A stretch of 20,000 nucleotides of DNA from NCBI GenBank assembly GCA_050230475.1, contig JBFLGF010000139.1, positions 49,551 through 69,550 of the forward strand. The letters run 5' to 3'. Shown here piece after piece: positions 9,523 through 20,000 of this stretch (positions are counted from its first letter, which is position 1; every line of letters begins with the position of its first letter). The notes under the pieces were generated by a model. It did no database searches. It was given only the letters and a program-made list of their open reading frames with translations, and was not told the origin of the DNA. This stretch comes from Ancylonema sp. Lineage: Eukaryota. The position numbers were made by a program, and so were the translations under genes.

Positions 9523-9705
9523 TTATTCAATATGACCCTCGTTATCGACGATGTGGCGGAAATTGTCGAGCGCAATCGGAGCCTTCTGGCGACTGCCAAA
9601 GGTCATAACAAGAGTGGGCATATCCTTATCGAAGGATGGGGAGAAGTAGCAACGACGTTGCACGGACTTCTATCCGCCAACCTGAATGCTTCAGTCCACT
9701 TCTAG
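9523..9705 (+). CDS. Predicted further exon (LFNMTLVIDDVAEIVERNRSLLATAKGHNKSGHILIEGWGEVATTLHGLLSANLNASVHF*); the TAG may be terminal or premature
   Basis: T-rich tract plus TAG acceptor at 9520-9522. Phase 0 matches the preceding donor. The frame stays open for about 65 more codons past the TAG. Confidence 0.45.
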   Translation, partial: LFNMTLVIDDVAEIVERNRSLLATAKGHNKSGHILIEGWGEVATTLHGLLSANLNASVHF

Positions 9706-10078
9706 ACCGTAACGCTGAACAAGAAGCGAGGGTGCTTAAATTACCGTGTTTCTTCCGGCTTGTCCGTGGTGAGCGATCCACGCATCATCGAGAGTCTTCA
9801 AACGAACGAGCGGTGTGGCGTCGGCATAGATCGGGGTCCTACACGACTCAGATATAACCGTCGAATACAATGTCATCTGTTTTTTTGTTTTTGAAATGAA
9901 AGTATAGTTGTTAAACTTTGGTGTGATCTTCATTCAGTGTCATTGTGTTGTTTTTTCTTTTTTCCGCACCCATGAATCGTTATTTATTCGGTAGTAGCGG
10001 TAGTAGTTTTCCAAATATAAAATCGAGATCCATAACCGAGTGGATGTCAATTTCAATTGTTCTTTTCTGGTCCCATAG

Positions 10079-10233
10079 TTTCTTGGATATGGACGAAATA
10101 CTCGACAATCCGAATACCAAGCTTTCCCCACGTGGAGAAGAGCTCGTTCTCTTGGAGCAGATAAAGTATTGTACTCGGCGACCCTCTAACGGGAAACTGC
10201 AGTTACGAGCAGAAGCCCTTATGTCTGATACAA
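10079..10233 (+). pseudogene. Exon-like segment of unknown product (FLDMDEILDNPNTKLSPRGEELVLLEQIKYCTRRPSNGKLQLRAEALMSDT)
   Basis: TTCTTTTCTGGTCCCATAG acceptor and GTGAGT donor at 10234, with a single open frame. The phase link to the previous exon could not be resolved. Confidence 0.35.
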
Positions 10234-10810
10234 GTGAGTCAGTGGGGTTTGAAGGCAAACCACTATTGTTTCGCTATACCGATCCATACGTTTTTTTTCG
10301 GATCATGGAAATATTGGTTTGGTTTTCGTTTGATTCTCTATCACGGATTCAACCACAAGTATGGTTCGTTGAAGAAATATGGTGTGTATTCGATGCAGAA
10401 CGCGAGGAAGGACAGTCACTTTGATTGAAGACGTTACATGTCGGTTGTTGGCAACCGACCCAACGACCTGGGATAGAGAGGATGTGATGATACAGAAACG
10501 ACAAAATGACCGCTGCGGAAGGATTGTACAAAATGGTGTATTATGCCCGCAAGCTGACCATGAAGACATTTTACTCCGTCGTCGAACTGAAACAAATGAC
10601 CGACGACGAGAAGAAAGAATTCGACGCGGGAAAAAATCGATATATCTTTGGGAATCAAAACTATTTTATACTCATACAAATAGAATTAATTAAAAAATAG
10701 ATTAAATAGAATATAATATAATAGAATATAATAGATTGAATATATTAATTTGAGTGACAATAAGTAGGTAGATAAAGTGGTTAATTTACTTTACGTCACA
10801 TTTATCATTG

Positions 10811-10968
<158 letters not shown>

Positions 10969-11396
10969 TTTTTTTGCTTTTTCGCTTGTTGTCATGCATG
11001 GTTATGCATGGTTATTTTTTTGGTTTTTTCAACTTATTCGAAATACTCGATTTCTGTACATAGGAATATCGAGGCGATCCCCGAAGGTTGGACGGTGGTG
11101 ACGGGCCGTTCCCGAAGAAGATCAAACTGGAAGACCTCGATTTTGCGGAAGAGGGAAATGTACGAAAATGAGTATGGAAAAGGGTCGTTGCTTTACCGAC
11201 ATGACCACTTGTACGTTAGGGAGGGCGGATTTTAGCATGTTCTAATGTTCTCTTGTGTAAAATAGCGAGTACGGAATAGAATTCGATGGAATACATATGG
11301 ATGGGATACATATGAATTCGATGGAAATCATGGATCTCAAAAATGGAAGAGCATGGTAGGAGTAGAATAGCTCGCTAGAATAGCTCGGAATCCATC

Positions 11397-12040
11397 TGTT
11401 GGAGTGCCAGATTGATGCCACTTTGATTGTACAATATTGTGGGAATAAAAAATATTTGATACGAAGAAAGAAAAAAGGAACTTGTTCCTTGTTACTTGTT
11501 CCCTTTGTGTTTCTCTTTAGGAAAGGGATTTACTTCTTGTTTACGTGACTACGTGTCGAGCTTGTAATTTTTTCCAATATAAAAAAAGAGTGAAAAAGCA
11601 ATGGAAGTACATGAATATATAGGTATACGGGCACTTTGAATTGACTTGAGTGAAATCATTCTTTTTTCAAACGAACATATAAGATTTTTGTCGGTCATAA
11701 CTATGGGAATGGTATCGATGTAACTACTTGTTGGAGTGCCAGATTGATGCCACTTCGATTGTACAATATTGTGGGAAATTTGAGACGAAGAAAGAAAAAG
11801 GGAACACCAGTTCCTTTTATGTTTCTCTTTAGGAAAGGGATTTACTTCTTGTTTAGGTGACTACGTGTCGAGCTTGTACTTTTTTTCCAAAATAAAAAAA
11901 GAGAGAAAAAGCAATGGAAGTACATGAATATATAGGTCTACGGGCACTTTGAATTGACTTGAGTGAAATCATTCTTTTTTCAAACGAACATATGAGATCC
12001 ATGTCGGTCATAATTATGGGAATGATATCGATGTAACTAC
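11397..12040 (+). repeat. Tandem duplication: 11397-11728 (332 bp) and 11729-12040 (312 bp)
   Basis: Both copies start TGTTGGAGTGCCAGATTGATGCCACTT and end ATCGATGTAACTAC(T). They differ by scattered substitutions and short indels. Confidence 0.93.
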
Positions 12041-12646
12041 CTCTATTGGACAACCTTTCAGGTCGAAAAAAAAATCACGTCAATCATGTCACCTTTACTC
12101 GTAAAACAGCCGTTCGTTCTTCCACAAAAGCTTCGTGGAGGTGCGGTCGAGCTGACAAAGATATGTTCAAATCTAGATATTCGTGACAAGCAGAAAAATA
12201 TCGCACGAATATTACTTTAGTGACGTAAGCCAATTTTCGAAATGAGCAAGAGCACGAGTTCACGAGTGCAAAGATGGCCAAACATGTCCACAAAATTGAG
12301 CGAAGAAGCCGAAGACAACCGATCGGCCAACGCACACGCCAACGCATATTTCGCCCGTACACGAGCGCATTGGTGCACGTGAAACAGATTCACTATCGGA
12401 TTCGCGGCTACTAGTTTTCCAGCTTCGGCTACGATTGTATGTACGGAGGATCCGAAATACACGTACGGGACCAATTTCCCGCACGGGAATGTATCCGGTG
12501 TCAAGCGTGACCCATACGCCGACCTAAGAATTCGAAATCGGACGACAGATAGGGAGTGAACGGTTTATTGGATCGACTATGTCCGTCCAATACATTTTTT
12601 TTCAAAAAAAAAAAAGATTATGTAGCGAATCGAACATACCTTCTGT

Positions 12647-14362
12647 CAGTACGTGTGAAAGGACACTTGCCACGATACACGTCACACGTTGACACATGGC
12701 ATATTCCAAGTAGGAGGGTCCACGTGTTCTGTTTCTCGTATCCTATGACTCATTACACGTGACACGTGGCACTTTTCTAAATAGCTTTCGTTAAATAACC
12801 ATGGCAATTGAGATACGTGTAAAGGAACACGTGTCACGCCACACATAAGATTTGACACATGGCAGCTATCGTAATTCAACGTGGTGCGGAGAAGGTGACA
12901 CGTGGCAATGGCCACGTGTTATCGTCATATATCACGTATAACAGCTGAGATTTGACAGAGCACAGGCCCGTTTCGTTTTAATGTGGTGGGTTGCGGGATG
13001 CGGGCTGCGCAACCCACAACACATGTCACCGACTGGCCGGCGGGGTACGGATGGCAAAAAAAGTCCGAAGGAATATTTCAACGATTTCAACGAAGCCACG
13101 TGTCAAGTACCACGGTCCACGTGTTATGTTCTACGTATCATATGACACATCACACGTGACACGTGGTATTGAACTACATCGTCTCCATGAAGGATATAGT
13201 GACATGTGGCAATATACATGCCTTTTAAGATACATGTGAAAAGACACGTGTCACGATACACGTGACACATGGCATATTTCAACAAAGCCACGTGTCAAGC
13301 GCCAAGCTCCACGTGTTAAGTTTCACGTATCATACGACACGTCACATGTGACACTTAGCATCTTACTAATTAGCCTCCATAAAGGAAAAAGTTACAAGTG
13401 GCAATAAGCATGCCTTTAAAGATACTTGTAAAAGGAAACTTGTCATGATACAAGTGACAAGTTAACACATGTGGCTAAAGTGACATGTGGCAATAACCAT
13501 GCCTTGTAAGATACGTGTGAGAGGACACTTGTCACAATACACGTAACACATTGATACATGGCAAGCCACATGGCATATTTCAACGAAGCCACGTGTCAAG
13601 TACCACGGTCCACGTGTTCTTTTCCACGTATCGTATGACACGTCATACATAACACGTGGCATCGTTTCATATGACATGTCATGCATGACACGAAGCATTC
13701 CGTTATGGAAAAGGTAACACGTGGCAATAACCATGTCTATAAAATACATAATAGACATAATAATAACCATGTGTATTGAAATATGCGTAAAGAGATACGT
13801 GTCACGTTACATGTAATACTTGACACGTGGAAAATTCCTGAATTCAACGTGGTACGGAGAAAGCGACACGTGGCAATGTCCACGTGTTATGTGATACGTG
13901 GAACACGACACGCGTCATACATCTCTTTGCTTTGGTTTGTTTTCCTCTTTACTTTGTTTTATTTTGGTCATCTTGATTTTTCTACAAGTACCACGGTCCA
14001 CGTGTTATGTTCCACGTACAATATGACACGTCATGCATGACACGTGGCATTCCGTTAAGGAGAAAACGATACGTGGTAATAACCATTGTTTATTGAGATA
14101 CGAGTTAAAGGACACGTGTCACGCTACACGTGATACTTGCCACGGAAGATTATTTAATCAAACGTGGAACGAAGAAAGAAACACGTGTCAATAGCCACGT
14201 ATCATGTGATACGTGGAACAGGACACGCGTCATACATCACTTGCAACGGCTGAGATTTGACAGGGCACAGGCACTCTTCGATTTAATCCGGTGGGCTGCG
14301 GGATGCGGGCTGCACAACCCGCAGCACATGTCAGTCAGACTGGCCGGGGGGGGTACGGGTGG
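12647..14362. repeat. Degenerate higher-order repeat array dense in CACGTG/ACACGTG/ACATGTG, with two copies of a hairpin-containing module; possible transposon subterminal region
   Basis: Recurrent ATTTCAACGAAGCCACGTGTCAAGTACCACGGTCCACGTGTT units (~13083, 13277, 13577, partial 12700 and 13985). Recurrent AATTCAACGTGGTRCGGAGAA..GACACGTGGCAAT units (~12873, 13841, diverged 14156). Module copies at 12944-13054 and 14249-14362. Confidence 0.85.
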
Positions 14363-15364
14363 GAAATTAGGCAAATTAGAACCTATTTTGCCATCCCGTG
14401 TCAATAGTACAGAACTTGACGATGCATCTCTGACTTCGAAGGCTATATTTTGCCATTTCTGGCTTAGAAGTCGGCTCTCTCTCGCAGTCCAAAAATCGAA
14501 AGGCGGCAGTCCACTCTTTCATTTTCCTCCAGCAGCCGCCAGCTTCCAGGGTAGTCGAGTCACATTCTTAGGACGTGCGCAGGTGTTGTGTGCGCTTTAG
14601 TTGCTAGAAGTTTCTGCCATTTTTATCGTAGTTCCAGTTGGCAAGCCTTCAGCTCGCCGTCCGTAATTAAGAAAGCGACTTGGCTCTGCTCATTTATTTC
14701 TATCATTCCTTTTCTAGAGTACGAGACTCCAGTATCGATAGGGGTGGCTCTCTGTACTTTTACCGTAGTTCCTGCAGGCTCGTTTGCCACGACAAGAAAC
14801 TACGAGCTGCATTCTGCGAGACTTCCGCCGTCTCCGCCAGAATTTGGAATACCTCTTTGGAAGGTAATGCTCCCGGCGTTCACTTTGCTTCTGCGTTTCT
14901 TGCCTTCGTAGACCGCAGACTGTAAACTGTTTTGAATTGTCGACTGTAGGTTGTACGTTGCTCATTTCGCTGTGTAGCTGCGTGGCTGCGTGGCTGCAGC
15001 TCAATTACGAAAGTATTTCAGAAGCGGCTCCGGGCTGCCAGTTAACAAGTTAGCCAGCCAGCCAGTGAGCCAGGCAGCTCGTTAGCCAGACATCTGGTCA
15101 GCCCTGTTTTTCAGCTGCCAGCTGCGACCTGTATCAGAATTGTCGTTCACTGACCAAGATACTGACCGACTGCGTTCCGATTGTGTGCAGCGGGATTCAT
15201 GTGGCATAAGTTTGGACCATAGACTTGGCAGACTTGCCTTCTGCTTCTTATCGCATGCTTTAACATTCGCACACTTAGAAAAAAAACCCAACCTCGTTGT
15301 CTGGCAGATGGCTGAACAAGACATCTGCCAGCTGAAATTGGCCGCACTCAATTTAAAAATTTTA

Positions 15365-15872
15365 ACCTATGTGCCGCAACAGCTGTGGTGCGCTGGTATG
15401 CGGTAAACTTCCAGCTCACGCTATCCGCTGCGTACACAGATTCACCACAGCTCTTGCTGCACAGAACGCACGTCCTACAAGGATGAGGGATAGTAAAAGA
15501 ATTAAGAATCGAGGGTTGTAGTAGAGGGCCAGACACACGTGAAGTGACATGGTATAATCGAACCAGACACGTGTGAAATTGCATTTTGAAACTGAACACC
15601 GAAATTTAATTGAAATGGAGGAAGTGGTGGCCCCCCACATACTCCCCCTTAGAATTTGTACCTATGTGCCGCAAGAGGATTAGTGTTTGCTGGGCAGTCT
15701 ATTCACCAGCCCTCTTGCTGCACAGAAACGCACGTCCTCAAAGGAATGAGGGAGAACAGGAAAAGCCATAGGAAGTGGAGGGTTGTAGTTGAAGGCCTAA
15801 CACAAATGAAACGCCTGTAGTAATCGAACGCGTACTTTTTTTTCAGTAAGTGGCGTAGGTGGTGGCCCTCCG
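15365..15872 (+). repeat. Diverged direct duplication, period about 295 bp
   Basis: ACCTATGTGCCGCAA, CTCTTGCTGCACAGAA(A)CGCACGTCCT, GAGGGTTGTAGT, TAATCGAAC and GGTGGCCC each occur twice in the same order (starts at 15365 and 15660). Confidence 0.8.
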
Positions 15873-15914
15873 CTTACAAGCCGCTGACCCCCAAAAAACC
15901 AACAGAACCACGCG

Positions 15915-16030
15915 ATCATTTTCCGGGAAAAAACGGGAAAATGAGCCAATCAAAGACTGACATGTCATTGTTGATGACGTCACGTTACGTCACCGTATTT
16001 AAAAAAAAAACGAACAGCCAATCAGAAGCC
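15915..16030 (+). promoter_or_regulatory. Cluster of cis-element-like motifs about 0.75 kb upstream of the DUS ATG
   Basis: AGCCAATCA twice (15944, 16016), TGACGTCA at 15975-15982 plus TTACGTCA, and E2F-like CGGGAAAA twice at ~15924-15941. Motif match only. Confidence 0.35.
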
Positions 16031-16752
16031 GCCACGATGCACATGTGGCTAAAAAGGTACGGCAAAACCGTACAAGTAACGATTTCGTTCCGGCGACACT
16101 ACAACTTGGGTCTTGGAAAGACCCAAGTAAAGAACTAAGTAATTATGACAACGTTATTTGTACAATAACGTTGGTGTTGTACTCAGATGGGGTTCCCATC
16201 GTGCTTTAATAAAATGCGTCTCTCTTTTAATTAAGACAGGTTTTACTCATACCGATTCCTTATTTCGTGACGCGCCAGTTAGCGGGAATTTGTGAACCTA
16301 TCTCCGCACAGAAGTAGTGCTGCCGGTCAGTGCTACGTTCGACAATGCTTGTCGACGGTGGCCATCTGTCTGTCGGCGTGTGGTGCTCAGCACGTGGTTA
16401 AACTACGCATACAATATCCCGAATTACTTTTCAAGACTTGCACGATATCAGTCAGTTATTCGTGCAAGCGTACTATGTGTGTGTGTAGAGAGTGCTGGTT
16501 CCGGATTTGGACAGTGTTTCAGGGTGCAATATATGCTCACATAAAAGATATGAATGAGGAGACCTGTTTTGTGCCATGCAGAGATACTTTGCTTTGAATA
16601 ACGCATCGCAGTCCTGGTGGCGGATCATTTGCCTGCCTACTTGGGCTACGGTGATTCGAGACATTCGAGGAATGGGCTGCCGCAGGCTCTAGTATCTTCT
16701 GAGTGGGGGTTGGAAGCTGTGCGCTGGAGACTTGTTGTCGTGGTCACTAATA

Positions 16753-19002
16753 ATGGAGCCGAAAACGTCAGCGCCAATACCTTTTCCAGTCAAGTACGTA
16801 GTCGCGCCGATGGTTGGACAAAGCGACCTCAGCTTCCGTCTCCTCTGCCGACGACACGGTGCTTCCGTCGCTTACACGGAGATGCTGTACAGGTATTTCT
16901 TACCAATCCGGTATTTCCGGAGATGCTGTATTCCTTATGCCGCTCCCCCCTGGTCTTTATTCAGTGCACAATCAACCGGCAAGCCATGGGGTACTGATGC
17001 CATAAAATCCTGCTTTGCTTTACACCGACAAGCTTCTCTCCTTTATACACGACTGCATTGAAGTGCACTAATTGCCATAATGCACAAATGAAATCACCAA
17101 ATAGACAGACTGAGACGCACTTGGTCAGGAGCTTACGAATCCAGACTTTGGAGCTTTATCATCCTTACTTCTTGCTTCTGCAGCGAACTTTGTGCATCGG
17201 ACCCGCTCTATCGGGCTCAGGCTTTCCAGACTTCGGTCGCTGATCGTCCTCTCGTGATCCAGTTTGCCGCCAACGATGCGGACGTCGTTTGTGAGGCCGG
17301 AATGGCGATCCAAGATGAAGTGGACGCCATTGACATCAATCTTGGGTGCCCGCAGCAGAGAGCAATGGATCGACATTTTGGAGCATATCTTCAGGATGAC
17401 GCCGTGAGTGGCGTTTCCCTTAGAGGAGTACTTATTTCCGATTTGCACCCCTCCTCTCTAGGGAGAAAATGGAAGTGACTATGCAGAGTGGACTTCGATC
17501 TGCTTCTTGGCATTCACCGGTAGGCATTATCGCATGTTCAGCCCATTGATGTCTACGAGGTGCAAGTGTGGTCGTTGTGAGCAACAAGACAACTCGAGGT
17601 ACTCCCAAAGGCTTGAAAACAAGCCCATGGTGCCGACCGCCTCCTTTGCCACTAAAATGTCAAGCACCTCTACGGATTGCCTCGTCCTTTTTGTGCAGGA
17701 CTGGCCCACGGTGTTCCACATGGTGGCTAGCCTCAGCAGCGCCGTTAGGATCCCTGTCTTCTGTAAAATCCGGTTGCTTTCGTCTCTCAAAAAGGTGGCG
17801 TTACCCTCAACATTCCACTGTGTGCATCGCGCAAAGTGCATCTTCTTAGCTCGCCCTGCCTTGTTACGTTGCAGACTATCGAATTTTGCCGTGGCTTAGA
17901 AGCCTCTGGTTGCGCTCTCGTGGCTGTCCACGGTCGCAAAAGAGGGTCGCCCAATGCAAGGCGGAGCGGAGCTGCTGACCTGCTGGCCATCAAAGCAATT
18001 AAGGAAGCATTGAGGATCCCAGTGGTGAGTGGCCTCTCGCTTACTCAAAACGAATCTATCACTTGGACACGAATCTCTTATTTTTCTCAAACTTTTAAGG
18101 GGTTGCATGGTACACAGAGGTCCTTGTCAGTCACTTACATGCTCTTAGCTCTCAACCGGGGACAGGACATCAAACAATGTCTCCCTAAAAGTGGCACCAG
18201 GGAGTTACCATGACAAGGTGATGTTGGTGAGAGGCACTGGTAGATTTGGCGCGTGAATTGTAGAGAGTGTTGTGAGACCAGTCCAATGAGGCCATTTGTA
18301 GAGGAGGCCTAATGATGTTGTCGTATTACATACCTCAAAATGGTCACATGCACATAGGGTCATCAACCACCAATTCTCCACGCAATATGACATGCATGTG
18401 GTTTTAATTGGTGGAGCAGGTAAGCAACGGCAACGTGGGCTGTGCATCTGATGTGGCGACAAACTTGGAGGTTACCGGAGCTGATGGCATTATGTCAGCA
18501 GAGGCGGAGCTAGCGGATCCGCTACTCTTTCAAGGAGGGGCGCGGAGTAGAGAAGAACGGTGTGGGGTTGCACTCGAGTACTTGTCATTGTGCGCACAAC
18601 ACAACACGTCCGTAGAAGTGGCACGACAACACTTGCACTACATGCTAGGAAAGAAGGGCCGAGGTAGGAATTTCGACCACGTATGAATGTAATTTTTCGA
18701 AGTTGGACGACAACATTTTTTTTTTCATGCGTGTGACTTTGTGCTATTTTTTATGTCAAGTTGAGACGAGTGAATTTTAAATGTGGTTTGCCTTTTCCTT
18801 GTCAGAGCATTGCATATCATTCAAGCATTACGGCGGCTATAGTTGTGGGATGGATCTCAAATGCGCCCTCGATAATGCACAATCAACATCGGACTTGGAG
18901 TTGGTAGTACGCCAAAGTTTAGGCGTTCCAAATTGGAGCTCTCAATCGCCATTTTGTTCTCCATTTTCTTCACAAACATCACTAACGAAAATATCGACTT
19001 AG
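16753..19002 (+). CDS. DUS1: tRNA-dihydrouridine synthase (DUS1-like, FMN-dependent TIM barrel), six exons: 16753-16892, 17184-17403, 17699-17794, 17875-18024, 18420-18663, 18806-19002; about 348 aa
   Basis: Dus motifs: [52 protein letters not shown] (catalytic Cys), [32 protein letters not shown]. All introns are GT-AG with consistent phases (2,0,0,0,1). The subfamily assignment and the last intron are less certain. Confidence 0.9.
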
Positions 19003-19625
19003 ATTCACCGTTCAGTAGTTGCTCTGTACCTCAACATGCTCGTACCCTCCGTCCAATAGAGGCGTTACTTGTATGATGGGAGGTACGGCTTTTCACTGTG
19101 CAAGTGTCTATTGGTGGAACAACATTATTGTGGATGATACAGTGTATTATTATAGCGATAGGAGACTTCTCTAACTTAGGTTTTTTAACTCACTCATAAA
19201 CAAATATTAGAAGTAAATGCTCCACGTCACTGTTAGTCCTGTAACACATTGATCTAACTTTGTTTCTACAAGCACTTTGTAGCAATATCTCTTGCAACAC
19301 GATGCACGTGAGAACAATTGAGTTAGTTCATGGAATATAATTGTAAGCATCTAAAACTCTATTGCCAACTTTGATAGCGCCAAATAAAGATGTTTCGCAA
19401 TGAGGATCATTTTTTTAGTACTCGATTTGGTGATTACTTTCTGTATCGGATTTGATAGGGACGTTTGGTTGTTTGTGACAAAACAACAAAAACATAGTGG
19501 CCACTTGAATATTTGGTGTTTTTCATAAATGGTGGGTGGAATTCAAAGAGTGGGGTGATGGTCGACTGGAAGATGCTCCCAAGAAATATCAGGGCGATAA
19601 GTTGGCGGTAGATGAGGGTCTATCA

Positions 19626-19716
19626 TCATGGCGCAGTTGATGCTTAATGTAACGACCTTGACAATCTACCGTCTATTGTCATGGCGCATACAATGCTTAA
19701 TACAACGACCTTGAAA
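19626..19716 (+). repeat. Short diverged direct repeat, period 53 bp
   Basis: TCATGGCGCA..ATGCTTAAT..AACGACCTTGA at 19626 and 19679. Confidence 0.7.
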
Positions 19717-20000
19717 ATTTGGGTGTGTATACAGACAATAAAACCATATAGTATCTAAAAGAATACCACATAGTAGAATATCATTTAAAAGAAGAAGGAA
19801 AATCCCTCCTTTAAACTATGAAGGGATAATGTACGGAATCCGCACACTTTGAGTACAGGTCAGGTTTTAATCTGTCCATACAAATTCTGTGTGTCCAAAG
19901 TTGTGGGAAGTTAGCATGAAACGTCCTAAACGACAAAAAAGTTGGTGGGAAATATTTGGTGGATGGTACTAGTAGGGTTGAGAATCTGATGTCATCCGGA

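Noticed and set aside
12084..12504. Overlapping short minus-strand ORFs in a GC-richer island
   Set aside because: No recognisable domain or consistent splice structure.
13021..13040. Canonical Helitron 3' end (hairpin then CTGG)
   Set aside because: CTGG is followed by C, not T, and homology between the two module copies continues about 18 bp beyond it.
12647..14362. CRISPR-like or coding interpretation of the CACGTG array
   Set aside because: The repeats are degenerate with no unique regular spacers, there are no cas genes, and the context is eukaryotic. The ORFs are low-complexity by-products.
14380..14960. Minus-strand coding-like remnant with PFDFWTARES..DASSSS, faintly like a hAT dimerisation domain
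   Set aside because: The motif spacing does not fit and the frames are interrupted; it cannot be supported without a profile search.

Overview
Eukaryotic genomic window. A green-lineage origin is inferred from the plant-type tRNA-iMet PBS and short GT-AG introns. (1) A full-length but decayed Ty1/copia LTR retrotransposon (411-6954) has 452/457-bp LTRs, an ATTTC target-site duplication, a half-tRNA-iMet PBS, three zinc knuckles and non-canonical TG...AA ends. (2) It sits inside a long ORF that runs off the left edge. Removing the element restores an uninterrupted frame of at least 820 codons with a 145-aa internal repeat and a retropepsin-like (DTG) aspartic protease. This frame has no RT or integrase after it and appears to splice in frame to small downstream exons (9205-9340, 9523-9705). 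(3) A repeat-rich middle contains (AT)75, a ~320-bp tandem duplication, and a ~1.7-kb CACGTG/ACACGTG-dense array with two copies of a hairpin-bearing module. (4) An apparently intact six-exon tRNA-dihydrouridine synthase (DUS1-like) gene lies at 16753-19002. The most interesting candidate is the spliced stand-alone retropepsin gene, which stayed open while the retroelement inside it decayed.
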